64,000 nt of DNA from contig CM059434.1 of NCBI GenBank assembly GCA_030390025.1, positions 43,772,001 through 43,836,000 of the forward strand. Direction: 5' to 3'. This stretch comes from Squalus acanthias (Eukaryota). The translations under genes were made by a program, and so were the position numbers. This document shows positions 49,016 through 62,229 of the stretch, one piece after another. The notes beneath the pieces were generated by a model, which saw only the letters and a list, made by a program, of their open reading frames with translations, had not been told where the DNA came from and did no database searches. Positions within the stretch are counted from its first letter, which is position 1. Each line of letters opens with the position of its first letter.

Positions 49016-51727
49016 CCTCAAGGTTAGCATCAAACTTAATGCAGTCAAGAGGAAAGCCAGCTCATGATGTTTCTAAATATCAAGGGTCTAAACTTGGCTT
49101 AATAGGAGAGTATACAGTTCTGAATTGCCCTGTAATGCTAAGTGACAGGATATATTTCTAAATGTACTACTGTCTCTCAGTCACCCCCGTGTTACCCTGT
49201 TTGATACTCTAGAACTGCTGGATGGATTTGTGCTCCATTTTATGCTACAGTTTCCTGGTTGGAATCAGTAAGTTCAGCTCCAGTGACATCATGAATGAGG
49301 CATGGTGTCCACTATCCAGCATCCCCATTCATGATGTCACAGCAGGAGGACTGCTACACAACAGGGCTGATATTGCGATTGTGCGCTGCTGAGACGGAGC
49401 CTCAACTTCCAGCTCCACCTATCGGAAAATGGTTGGTGCACTGTCCATGATCTTGCATCCATTAAAATGAATGGACGGAAAATTGTGGGCAATGCATCTA
49501 CAATTTTTCAAAACGTGCAGCCGTTAGGCGAGGCTCCCTGCCGGTAACGCTTGTTTGGCTCTAACATGTCTGTCCAAGGCTGCCTTTAGGCAGTCGTTCC
49601 AGATAATAAAACAGGGTAACAAGGGGATGAATAAAGCACACTGGCAAGTGCACATATATCTCCCTTTGCAACATTTAAAATTACAGGGCAAAGCTGTAGA
49701 CTAGGGATGGACAAATTGCATCTCCTGAGTGACATACAGCTCTTAAATAATTGAAGTGCAGCTGTTAGTGAAGTGCAGCTGTTTGCACCTACCCATCCAT
49801 TCAATCCCAATGTGAGAGACGTGTATTAGCCACAATAAAACAGGCAGCCTTCTTTCCATTCAGAACCAGCTAAATTGTATTTTGAATTTATTACGATATC
49901 AGCTAATTAATTTTAGCCCAAATGCCCAATCATATCGGATGGGGGTGTGCCCCATCCATTCAGCAAATGTGAAACAGTTCTGCTGTTATGATGGAGTTTT
50001 GGTGGCCACATATAAAGTTTAAATCCAGGTTCCGATTAATTTGCATATAATTCAAGTTGCTAACAGATCTTGGTGTTCTGAGTTATTGACCAATGAGGCA
50101 ACAGTGCTAAAAACAGTCCTTTCAAAAACCTGAGCCCCATAAAATTCAAACAGGCCAAAGCAGAAAATAAGAAATATAAACAAATAGGGCTGAGTTGCCT
50201 AGGTTTTGAGGGCCATATTACTAAGGCTCGGGGACCACAGGTTGGACACTCCTGGTATTTTTGCACTAGATGTGGTTACATTCAGAATACCAGTAAGTAT
50301 GCTCGAATACTGCAATTTCTTTTTCGAATTTTGAACTTTTAAAGTCGACTACACATCCCCTTTAAGTGCATGAAATTCTGATTACCACCTTGCAGTTATA
50401 AAGGATTTTATACAAGTGGACCTGAGTGAACAACTGATGTTCTAAAATTTGTGAGGTAAACCATTTTATGTATTATCAATTTTTAATAACTATTTTCATG
50501 TTTTAGCAAATGTGCCTGCTACTATGAAGGCACAGTAATCAACAGACTCCCATAATGCCATTCAACACCTATTGGTAGATCACATATACAGGGGTCATAA
50601 ACGTCAACTTCAAAAAAAAGAGCAAAATTTAACTAACGGCTTCAAGAATGCTGGCGATTCAACAAAAAAAAACAGTGCTGAATATAAGCCTCCATCACAC
50701 AGTTACACTGAAAGTGTTCTCCTAACTTAAACTTCAGGTATACCCAACATTCAGTCACTTTAGCAAGAAAATAAATTCAAGTACATGAAGAGGGAATGCA
50801 AGGGTTCAAGGCATGATTTTTTCTTCCATAGGGTGTCTGGGGCATCTTTCCCTTTAAAATGTTGAACTTGACATTTTATTTGATGCATTTCCAGTATTTC
50901 TGAGTCTGCTGCAGTGTCACCTGGATTCAAAGTCCGGACAGTAGTATAAATAGTTGCCCGTTTACAATCAATCTGCTACTGACTCAACAGTTGAAACTGG
51001 CAGCAGGGTTGTACGTGAGTGCGGCAACCTTTGGGCAACCTGCGTAGGGTACGAGATGCAAGCGTTCACGACGAGAGATTTATTTATTTGAACATATGCT
51101 GAATTTCAGTGGCAACAGGGGCAAGTGGACACTGGGCCCAAAATAGAGATGTCCGCATAAAATTCACACAGCTTGCATTTATCTGAATGCAGTATCCTGG
51201 AACTAGCCCACCTCATGTGCAATCCTGTCCTTTCTGCTTCCTACTGAGTCTTTGACTAGGTGTCTCCTTGTGTTGACCTCTCTTTGCATCTCTTGCCTTT
51301 TTCTTTTGATCATCTCCTTGTAGGGACATTTCCCTGCTTTTTCAATCATATCTCCTCCACTTCCTCTCTAGCTATCTCAACCACCAACAGGAAACAGAGA
51401 CTAGTTCATTTAATGCACTTCTTCATCCCACACCTTGAGAGGTCCTAGCAATCCCATTATACAATGTGAACCATTCGGTCTATAGTCTACTCTTCATTCA
51501 GATAATCCCCTAAACTCTCCATTCCTCTGACTCCAGCCTCTTGTACATCTATTCGTCCCTTTGCCCCATCATTAGTGGTTGTGCCTTCAGCCACTAGGCC
51601 CCTGTTCTGGAATTGCCTCCTTAAAATCCTCCATCTCTCCACCACCCTCTCCTCCTTTAAGACCCTCCTTCAAACCCACCTCTTTATCCAAGCTTTAGGT
51701 CACCCTTCCTAAAATCTCCTTCTTTGA

Positions 51728-52041
51728 CACGGTGGCATAGTGGTTAGCACTGTTGCCTCACAGCGCCAGGGACCCGGGTTCGAATCCGGCCTCGGGTGAC
51801 TGTCTGTGTGGAGTTTGCACATTCTCCCCGTGTCTGCGTGGGTTTCCTCCGGGTGCTCCGGTTTCCTCCCACAGTCCAAAGATGTGCGGGTTAGGTTGAT
51901 TTGGCTATGATAAATTGACCCTTAGTGTTAGGGGGGATTAAATAAGTGGGGTTACGGGGATAGGGTGGGATATGTGTCGGTGCAGGCTCGATGGGCCGAA
52001 ATGGCCTCTATCTGCACTGTGGGGATTCTGTGATTCTGTGA
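51728..52041 (+). repeat. V-SINE (HE1-like), young full-length copy nested in an L2 fragment (51503-52126)
   Basis: A/B boxes, V-domain, tail gatgggccgaaatggcct…(gattctgt)2; body almost identical to 17130-17340. Confidence 0.92.
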
Positions 52042-54304
52042 CCCAACTTCCATTTTTTCTTTGCATCTCTGTGAACCACCTTGGGATGTTTTTCTACACT
52101 AAATGCAAGTTGTATTTGCTGTTGTTAATCTGTTCATTTGAATTGAAATCATGCAACAACAAAAAATGAAAATAGCTTAATTCAAATTAGTGGACAATTC
52201 AAATTGTCTTAGCAAAAGAAATTATTGCAAATTAGGAATAGGTTTTATTTCCTTGTTCATCATTAGATTTAGATGAAAAATACTACATGGAGGAAAAGTG
52301 TACAGTATAATGGTTCACAGTGCCATGAAAACTAAAGGCAGTGGCCAGCATCTAGAGCTGGTTTCTGGTTGCACCGCTAGAAGCAGTGCCACTTGTTCCA
52401 CAAGGCGAAACACGGACTCGAAAGATAACACAAACCTGAGCCCTTCCTATGACATCTGTGTCCCTGTAAACAGCAGGGAAACAGAAAGCAGAGGCAGCTT
52501 CACTCTGTACAGTACCCCCTTGTGCAACTTTGAAAATTGTTGGATTAATGCATTAAAACTGAACAGTGGTGGCTCATGGGGTGATATCAGTGGAGAACGA
52601 GATGGCTAAATCCCACAAATTTCTAGACATGTGGACACTGGATCTAGAATGCTGACTATCTGTGTAAAACACATTTGATTGGCATGCATGTGGGGTACCT
52701 CCTTTATACTCATGTCAACTTTAATGCCAACATTAGTGAATGGAGAAAGATATCTCAATCGCACAAGAAAAATTAAAACCTGATAACTGGAACAACCTAG
52801 TAAAGCTAAAGTGGGCCGAGTAAACCCAGCAACCTAGTAAAGATAATAGCATCTCCCCAACTGAAACTGAACTCCAGTGACCTCAGGTACGAGGAATTCC
52901 GCTCACTAGTAATGCTTTCATAATAATGATAATCAAATAGAGCTGAAGGAAGTGTAAGAGTGATTCCACAATATTTGTACAATTTATATGGTGTGTTAAA
53001 AAAAATTAAAAGTTCCATGAATAAGATGCCGCTCTTTCATATTGAATTACAGCGACTGACGAAAGATTTTTCAGTTGTTAGTACAAAGCAGCTGGAAGAC
53101 GTATTGTCACCTTTTCCCAATTCCTCTGTCATTTTGTTAACAGTGAAATAAGCCTCACAGGTGATATATTAATGAGACAAATGAAGAAAATGTAGAAACA
53201 TTTTCTCCACACAAAACAAACCAACACATCCTCACTATTAGCATTTCACAATTTTAATTTGTTCCATTTTCAGTCGACAAATGTTAGCTTTTTTTCTTCA
53301 GAGGCAGTCTCAAAAACCTGGATTTGCACCAAATGTTTTTGCACATTGTGTTCTTGGCTGGTGCTGAATTTTGGCAAGTGTACGCGTCTAGTCCGACAAA
53401 GACATTACACGCATAATAATAGATGTTGGTGAGTTGCACAGCAGTCATAAAGGGTTCAGATATCAGAAACCTGGACATCAAAGTGCAGGCAAGCCACAAC
53501 ATCAGCTGAAACCTGAGATTGTGGTGATTGTTATAATGTTCTTTTCTTCTCTCCTGTAGGTGATGACATTTGCTAGGATACGGATGCAAATGCACCAGCA
53601 GCCCTTCAGTGGCCTCATCCAAATGGCCATTACTCTGGTGTAGGCCTAAACCGTGGGTCTCGAGCTGGCTATTCTAACCAGGAGACTTCATAGCTGTGCC
53701 TGACCCAATATATATACACACAGACATGCAAATGCACACACACACACACACAAACTGCCAGATAGTGACCATGAATGGGAACCCTGGCTGACCTTTACCC
53801 TTCCTAATCCAGGGAGCATTGAGGCCAATGTTAACACCCCTACCGCTACTCCAGTTGAGATCGGCACAAATCAGCAGGGACCATGAATTCAACTTGAGAT
53901 GTTCTGCTCTGTTTGGGCTAGTATTGCATTGCAGGTAGGTATAAGCATTAGGCCATCAGGACAGTTACTGCGATCTGATATTTTATATAGTTTTTAAAAA
54001 TTATTAAGGTAAAGGATTGTTTTAGAGTAGTCTAATGGCTGCAACAGTGCAGGGATAGACTCCTGTTCAAAGGGGCCAAATTTTGAATCCCACTCTAGAT
54101 TACCTTTAATGATCGATTTTCATCCAGCTGTCGGCCAAAGAGCTAGATCCAGGATCTCACTCTTGTCTCCGAATACAAACTGACCAGGTACAGTGATAAC
54201 TCCAGAAATACTCTTCCCTCCCATCTGCAAATAGTTCCATTGCTTAGTTCCCAAACATGTTAACCTACTACCCAAAAGAAACTCAGCAGTAGGAAGTAAG
54301 AAAG

Positions 54305-54843
54305 AGTTTTGGTCTCCTTATCTAAGGAAGGATATACTTGCCTGGAGGTGGTGCAATGAAGGTTCACTAGATTGATTCCTGGGATGAGAGGGCTGTCTTA
54401 TGATGAGAGATTGTGTAGAATGGGCCTATACTCGCTGGAGTTTAGAAGAATGAGAGGTGATCTCATTGAAACATACAAGATTCTGAAGGGGCTTGACAGG
54501 GTAGATGCTGAGAGGTTGTTTCCCCTGGCTGGAGTGTCTAGAACTAGGGGGCATAGTCTCAGGATAAGGGGTAAGCCATTTAAGACTGAGATGAGGAGGA
54601 ATTTCTTCACTCAGAGGGTTGTGAATCTTTGGAATTCTCTGCCCCAGGGGGCTGTGATGCAGAGTCTTTGAGTATATTCAAGGCTGAGATAGATAGATTT
54701 TTGGACTCTAGGGGAATCAAGGGATATGGGGATAGTGCGGGAAAGTGGAGTTGAGGTGGATGATCAGCCGTGATCTTATTGAATGGTGGAGCAGGCTCGA
54801 GGGGCCGTATGGCCTACTCCTGCTCCTATCTCTTATGTTCTTG
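54305..54843 (+). mobile_element. CR1 LINE 3' fragment
   Basis: IPGMRGLSYDERL..GLYSLEFRRMRGDLIETYKILKGLDRVD…TRGHSLRI…FFTQRVVNLWNSLP plus 3' UTR. Confidence 0.95.
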
Positions 54844-57835
54844 AATGAGGTACCGCAGAAGTCAAATCTCTCTTGAAAAGTGACTCTCTCATACTGGGAA
54901 CACTCATATTGAGGCAGAAACAAGTTTGTGTTTCTCAGTATAAATCAGGGCAAATAGCTGGTGATGTGACTAACACAGATATAGGGTGACAGCAAAGGTT
55001 CTTCACTTTATTGCTTATATTATACTGGGAGTAATAGATTCTTGTGAGTGATTAAAAGACATTAAGCTTATTGAGAAAATCAGATCACATCATAAACCAT
55101 GAGAAGAAAGCTCAAATGATTTATAGCTGTCATCTGAACCCCGAGATGTGATTAGAGCCTTGACTTTACTTCAGTGTAGCCGTTATTTATTCATTATATA
55201 TGTATATAGATATATATATATATATATCTAAAATGATTTACATACCAAAGGATTGTGATATAATTAACCTGTGATTAGCACAGAAAGAGCATAGGCTATG
55301 TATATATTATAAAAGACTATGCTAACTCAGGGTGGTCTATTATTGCTCTTTTTCTTCTCGTGAGTGTATGTAATAAGAGATTTGGGGCCATCAGGGTTAC
55401 TGTGCCCTTTAAAGAACTGCTATCTTGTCTTCTAGGAAAACCCAAATAGATTATTTTCTTTGATGTTGTTAAAGGCAAACATTTCGGTGAGGAGGGACAA
55501 GTAATTCCATAATCCCAATATTTTTTCCCTATATTGCATGTAGCAATTCTGACCTCCACAGGTATTTTACTGAATCCTTCTTTCCTTCCCCTCAGCTGTC
55601 AAGGGAAGGAAGGAATTATACAAATGTACACCAGTCCCAAGACTATTGTTGTAATTAATTTGTGAGACTGTGTACTAAAATGAACATGACACACCACAAC
55701 CTTCAAAGTTTAGTCCTTTTGTTTTGTTTATCACTTTGTGTTTTATCAGACAGTTCAAAGACTTGACATGCATTTGCCACATTTTTACATTTGCAAGGGT
55801 GATTTTTATGCTGATTTAGGTGAGGGATGTCAGTGCTGATGTATGCTGCTAATTTAATGCCCATTAGCTGAAATTTGGGCAATTCAACAGTATCTGATGA
55901 AAGGTTCCACCCAAAACATGAACATATCTTTCTTTTCTAACTGATATGTTGCATGTTTCCAACACTTTTCACTTTTAATTCAAATGTTCAGTACTTGGAG
56001 TTTTTCCCTTCATGACTACCGCACACCTGCTGAATAACAGTTAACAGAAACAAGCAATCTATATATCACAGGTAGAAAGGGCACAATACAGGTGTAAAGG
56101 ACAGCAGTGGTGTAGCAGTGGTGGGTATGTAACATCAAATGACTGATTCCATAGCTCTATTTTGTTCTTATAAACTAATACAGGAAAATATACAATATGC
56201 CGCATAATCACTGCATTCTATACTTCATGTATTATTCTACATGAATCAATGGACCACCACTTTATGTTACATTGATGATTCATTGCTTACAAAATTCAGA
56301 TCTGCTTTGCATAATCTTTCAGATGTGTCAGCTTGCTTACAAAATTACCATCAATTTTTTTATTAGTGTAATTAAATTATAATAACTCCACACAGATTAC
56401 TCGCAATCATTTATTGGTTATTAAAGCAGCATTGTCACTAGAAACTGCCCAGCTTGCATTTATCTGCTTCTGTGTAAATAAATGATATCAGAGAATGCAA
56501 ACTGTTGCCAAGAAATTGCTCTCTTATAGGACAGGTGTCTGCCGTACTGGGACTAGCGGGCTGGAAATTGGGGCGGAACCTCTTTCCATCAAGTTTTGTA
56601 TCCTTACTCGCTCCAATGAATTTCTGATGGGATGGGGGAATCACAGGCACTTTTTCCAACTGCCCATCCATCCTAACTTCACTTTTGGCAACATGTCAGA
56701 CAATATCGCATGCTTCCTGAGAAATCCTGCCAGTTATGCCTCCAATACAGTCAGCAGTAAGTATACCTGCATGAAGCAAGGTGTACTTGCCATATAGAGC
56801 CATATGTGGGTCCAAGAGAGATCTATTGCTGTTTGAACCTGGTGTCTACCAACGAGAAAGCATCAGGAGATACAATGTGAAGCATTTAAATCTGCAGTCA
56901 GACCAGCCGACGCCACCTCCCCCAGCACCCACCGCCCCCCCCCGCCCCCCCCCCCGCCCCCGCCACCACAGACAGAGCAGCAAGGGACCACTTCAAATCC
57001 CAGCACTAATGTGGAGGCCCACCCCTAATTTTAAATGGCCCCATCCACGGATTTGGGATGGGGTCACAGCAAGGCAAGACAGGTAGGCAGAAGTTCCGCC
57101 CCACCAGGCTTCTGACAGCACTAGTGTGCCACTAGAATTTCGATCCTTCCGTCTTCACGCTAAGAAGCACTTTTAGAGCTGCTACCCAGCTGGCTCAAGT
57201 GACAACGCCACTGTCCAGCGTACAACTGAGCCACACAGACCAGGAAGGCCCCAGATTTGATTCTCTGTCTGTACTGAGGTAGGTGATTTCAGCTGGGGTG
57301 GCAGTAGAGACCCTGCGATTGGCCTAACTGCCCCTGGGATAAAGAAAGGAATATTAGGCCGGGCTCCTGCTGCTGATCCCTATCAAGTACTCCTGTTGTA
57401 CATGGGTGAGAACAGGATCAGGCTCAGCTGTGAGGTTGAATAGCTTGCCAAAACTCACTGCCTTGGCTCAGACAGAAAGTCTTGTATTTGGGCAAGGTAC
57501 CAGAGGGCTACTGGCATCCACGGAACCTTAAACTAAGATGAGTCAGAGAGAAAGGAAGAAAATTGGAATCTTTTTTGGGGGGGGGGGGGCGGGGGTAGTG
57601 GTGAAGGACAAAATAAAAGACCACTATGAATCACGTACCTCCATTGAAATATTTTAATACACATATTGCGCCATTAAAAGGGTCCAAAAATCATTTTTAT
57701 TGTAAAAATTGCAGGGGGCTTCTGTCTTCTGTGCTCTGAAGTGATCGCTGCTCATTTCCAAGAACTGCTGTCTTGCAAGCCAAAATATGCTGAGGGAAAC
57801 ACCTCTTTAATCAGCTCGCTGGCTCTCATATATAG

Positions 57836-58169
57836 AGTATGTTGTTGTGTCCACTTACTACTTGTAAAACATCTAATATGAGGATAAAATATTTATTTTC
57901 TATGTTAAGAGGAGGCAGCACTAATACAATATGGGGCAAGTTATAAATGTATTCTCAACAGTGTGGGGTTATGACCTTGGAGAGGGGCACTGTGGGAATT
58001 CGCTTTCACTCAGTCCTCACACCTAACTTGACCCTGGTTATTAATCCATGTCTTGTCAATAAGCTCCAATATGATATGCATTATTTTGCTGTTTCTTTTA
58101 TTAAATTATCATAAGCAGGAGTCAAAAAAAAAATGATTTGAGGTTTTAGAAAGCCCTGAAGCTGACACT
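57836..58169 (+). repeat. Direct repeat copy 1 (~330 bp)
   Basis: Collinear, high-identity match to 61190-61521. Confidence 0.95.
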
Positions 58170-58313
58170 GGTCCTATTTAAATATGTGCTGCTCAGTAAT
58201 GATGTCACACTAATTAAATAATTTCCTATTATTTGAGGGGTAGTTACCACATATTTCACCAACATATGACCTGAGGATTAACAGCTAACACACCACAGCC
58301 TGTGGAGAATGTA

Positions 58314-58946
58314 CAGATATTACTTGAAGGTGACACAAGGAAATAGTGCCCATTTCACCATGAATCACAAATACTTCACACTCTTTTTCATTAACATTCA
58401 AACCAAGACTGTTTTATTCATATATTTCATTGATTCTTCATAAAATGGGGATTGAAATAAATAACTCAACAGACAATATTGCAGGTTGCAAGAAGCAATA
58501 GCGTCAATCAGTAATCTTTGACTCTTGCAGGATACAACCCTCACAGGAGTCACACTGTGAGTCTGTCACTTGTTGATGTACTGTACATCCTGCATGGATG
58601 CAGAAGAACTTACAAGTATATTAAAAAAAAACACTGGAATTGTTTTATTTCAAACTGGTTTTGACATAACAGTGGAGTTGCTGTCACTATAAGGAGAACA
58701 AAACACCACTGGTGGAGTCATTCCTTTTTACCTCACTCAATGTACTCTCCTTTTAGCAGCTGTGAGTGTTTCCTCAAATGCTCTTTATTCCCTGTAGTCT
58801 GCTTGCACTTATTTAGTCCACTTGATTTGCCATAGCATTTTTTTCATGCTCAGAATTGTTTGAATGTTAATGAAAAGAGTGTGAAGTATTTGTGATTGAC
58901 GGTGGAATAGGCACTATTTCCTTGTGTCACCTTTAAGTAATATCTG
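58314..58946. mobile_element. Non-autonomous DNA transposon with ~90-bp TIRs, TA-flanked (Tc1/mariner/pogo-like)
   Basis: ta|cagatattacttgaaggtgacacaaggaaatagtgcc…cattcaaac vs gtttgaatg…ggcactatttccttgtgtcacctttaagtaatatctg|ta. Confidence 0.8.
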
Positions 58947-58954
58947 TAAAGTCT

Positions 58955-59088
58955 ACATAGAATTTACAGCACAAAAAAAACCCAGGCCATTTGGCCCAAC
59001 TGGTCTGTGCCGGTGTTTATGCTCCACACGAGCCTCCTCCCACCCAGCTTCATCTAATCCTATCTGCATATCCTTCTAATTCTCCTCA
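58955..59088 (-). mobile_element. CR1 3' UTR fragment
   Basis: Reverse complement of 44810-44892 + 45831-45870, uninterrupted here (ataaacaccggcacagaccagttgggccaaatggcctg). Confidence 0.8.
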
Positions 59089-59879
59089 GGCTGTGGTCTG
59101 TTAGATGTTAATCTTCAGGTCATATGTTGGCAAAGTATATGGGAACTACCTCGCAACAACAAGGTGCTCGAGAAGCTGCTGGGAGGCGGCACTATTGCTC
59201 AGGGTGGGGAGTTGCCTACCATCCAGGTTGTGCTGTTGTCAAAGAGAACCACTGGTCAGCCCAGCAAGAAGTAAAGTGAGCAAGTATGTCTGAAGAAAGT
59301 GCTTTGATACCTAATCAATATTTAAGAAGGAGGAACAGTTACATGTACAGAGATCACTGAGTGTTGGTGGGATAGTACAATTCACCCAGCGAAAAAGAAA
59401 TGCAATATAGATTATTGGTTGTATTTCTTACCCTTCACCCCTACTCCTGAAGATGCTGAGATATGCTAGGGCAGTTTGATTGGTGCCAGTAGTCTCCCAC
59501 TATCTTAGCATTCTTCATGTTTGAGCCCAGAAAGTGTTGGCAGTTGAATCAATCTTGGGGGGCATCACAGCCATACCATACCCTGTCTTCACCTGACATC
59601 TACATTTCCTGACAAAGTCAGTGGATAAGCCTCGTGTGGGAATTCTGGCTGATTTTTACCCTCTCTGGCACAGGGACATAGTTTCTTGTTGCAGCTCAAC
59701 CAGCTAACCCAGCACAGACCTGGGATTGAAGCTGGCCTTTCTACTCTGTATGCCTCAGAACCACACCGGGCTGCCTCAGCTAATCCCTGGGACCTTTGGT
59801 TACTTTTACAATCGACTTTATATATTACCAAGTTGTAAAATGCTAAACTACAACCTTCCTACGGATGAAGATAGTACTT

Positions 59880-60579
59880 TTTAAAAATCGTTCCTGCGAT
59901 GTGGCGTCGCTGGCAAGGCCAACATTTATTGCCCAATCCCTAATTGCCATTGAGAAGGTGATGGTGAGCCGCCTTCTTGAATCACTGCAGTCCGTGTGGT
60001 GAGGGTACTCCCACAGTGCTGTTAGGGAGGGAGTTCCAGGATTTTGACTCAGCGATGATGAAGGAACAGCGATATATTTCCAAGTCAGGATGGTGTGTGA
60101 CTTGGAGGGGAACTTGCAAGTGATGGTGTTCCCATGCGCCTGTTGCCCTTGTCCTTCTAGGTGGAAGAGGTCGCGGGTTTGGGAGGTGCTGCTGAAGATG
60201 TCTTGACGAGTTGCTGCAGTGCATCTTGTAGATGGTACACACTGCAGCCACAGTACGCCGGTGGTGGAGGGAGTGAATCTTTAAGGTGGTGGATGGGGTG
60301 CCAATCAAGTGGGCTGCTTTGTCCTGGATGGTATCGAGCTTCTTGAGTGTTGTTGGCATTGCACTCATCCAGGCAAGTGGAGAGTATTCTATCACACTCC
60401 TGACTTGTGCCTTGTAAATGGTGGAAGGGCTTTGGGGAGTCGGGAGGTGAGACACTCGCCACAGAATACCTAACCTCTGACCTGCTCTTGTTGCCACAGT
60501 ATTTATGTGGCTGGTCCAGTTAAGTTTCTGGTCAATGGTGACCCCCAGGATGGTGATGGTGGGGGATTCGGCGATGGTG
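59880..60579 (-). mobile_element. CR1/L2-group LINE, RT thumb and C-terminal region plus 3' end
   Basis: ILGVTIDQKLNWTSHI..VA.RAGQRLGIL.R…IYKAQVRSVIEYSPLAW…LDTIQDKAAHLIG…SLHHRRTVAAVCTIYKM…WNSLP. Confidence 0.92.
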
Positions 60580-61189
60580 ATCACTAAGCAGTGCAGAGCT
60601 GGCGAAACCCCTCTGCTCTATGAAATACTTTCTGTGGGAAACTATGGGGGAGGACAGATAAAGATTAAAATGGCACTTAAAGTGTTAAGTTTTTCTCCAG
60701 GTCCTTAAAAAAATATCAAGGCACATCTGTCTTGAGTTTCTCCTGGATTTGTCAGGTGGATCAGTGCTCCCAAGAGCCTGGTTCAGCAGAAGTATTTTAA
60801 TTTGACTAAACACCTGATTTATTTTATCTGTCGGACGAGAAGGGGCAGTTTGTCTTAATACTGCCTGTCAACTGCTGGGTCTATTCAGAGCAATTTACAG
60901 GCAGCCTCTGCTGCTGTAAGCAGCGCTGCACTTACCCTTTCTGAAGCACATGAACGGGTCATGCTATGGGATTACACATAACCTTTTATTTTAAAGAACT
61001 AGGTAGTTATTTTATTCAAGATTAACAGATTGTGAACTAAATTATTTGCACATAACTTTATTTACAGCACTATATAACACCACCCAAGGAATGCTGACCC
61101 ATTGGTATCAATGGCATTCAAAGCACGCTGATATACGAACCACTCGCAAACTTTATTAAAACTGTCATTCACTCTCTGGCTGTTACTAC

Positions 61190-61521
61190 AGTATGCTGGT
61201 GTGTCCACTTACTACTTGTAAAACTGCTAATATGAGGATAAAACATTTATTTTTTTTGTTAAGTGGAGGCAGCACTAATCCAATATGGGGCAAGTTCTAA
61301 ATAGATTATTGGCAGTGTGGGGTTATCACCTCAGAGGTCTACTGTGGGAATTCGCTTTCACTCAGTCTTCACACCCAACTTGACCCTGGTTATTAATCCA
61401 TGTCTTGTCAATAAGCTCCAATATGATATGCATTACTTTGCTGTATTTCTTTTATTAAATTATTATAAACAGGAGTCAAAAAAAAAGATTTGAGGTTTTC
61501 GAAAGCCCTGAAGCTGACGCT
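61190..61521 (+). repeat. Direct repeat copy 2 (~330 bp)
   Basis: Collinear match to 57836-58169, including the identical run aacttgaccctggttattaatccatgtcttgtcaataagctccaatatgatatgcatta. Confidence 0.95.
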
Positions 61522-62229
61522 AATAGTTACTTAAGGGAATTCCTAGCAGTTTATCATGATAAATTCAAGACTCTGGCAAAGTAGTTTACTGCAATGTACT
61601 TATTTACAATCAGTATTAAGACAGAATTACTTATCAGTTTCAACCATGAAAATAACAAAGGGTGTTCCTCTCGATATCATATTCCCAGGGGCAACTTGTG
61701 CTCAGACTTTATTCCTGTGTTGTGAACTATATTCCCTTTTCAAGTAATGCACCCCTCATTAACTTTAAGACCAAACATTTTGACTCCTGTTGCCCTGAAT
61801 TGAAGCACAAATTCCAGGAGTGAAAGGTTATGTTTCAGACTATTACTCCTATGAACTTGTGCTGTACTTACTCCCCCTCCACCCCCATTTACTTTTTTTA
61901 AATGTAGACACAGGTCAGCTGATTTGGAATCGTACTACAACTTACAATACTTTCTTGAAAATATGCTCTCCAAATGAGGAAATCCTGTTTAGTAACATTC
62001 AAAAATAAAATGCAACTCTCTGGTTGGTTGACTGATGTAAATTTAACCTCAATTGAGGGCATTTGTGACCCACATTCCAACATCCCTTCAATTTGTCAGC
62101 TTCAACATTACTGCTTTCATTTTTTTAAAGTTGCAAATATCAGGATTTTTTTTTTAAAGCTCAACACCTTATTGTACAGGACAACACCCAAGAGTAGGAG
62201 AGAAGATAAGTTCAATCAAGAAGCAATGA

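Noticed and set aside
48596-49048. 150-aa ORF as a single-exon gene
   Set aside because: Only 48677-48849 is SoxD-like and it is bounded by AG/GT; the flanks are intron and a CR1 tail.
51728-51800. tRNA gene
   Set aside because: The A/B boxes belong to a SINE head continuing into a V-domain and LINE tail; the same applies to 17270-17341 and the Deu-SINE heads.
55888-56000. Further hammerhead (ctgatgaaaggttccacccaaaacatg)
   Set aside because: A recognisable but heavily decayed PLE-like terminus; GAAA and stem II are broken. The same holds for the remnant at ~31525-31620, which lacks the CUGA core.
57836-61521. LTR retrotransposon bounded by the direct repeats
   Set aside because: No TG/CA termini, TSD, PBS/PPT or gag-pol; the interior consists of unrelated insertions.
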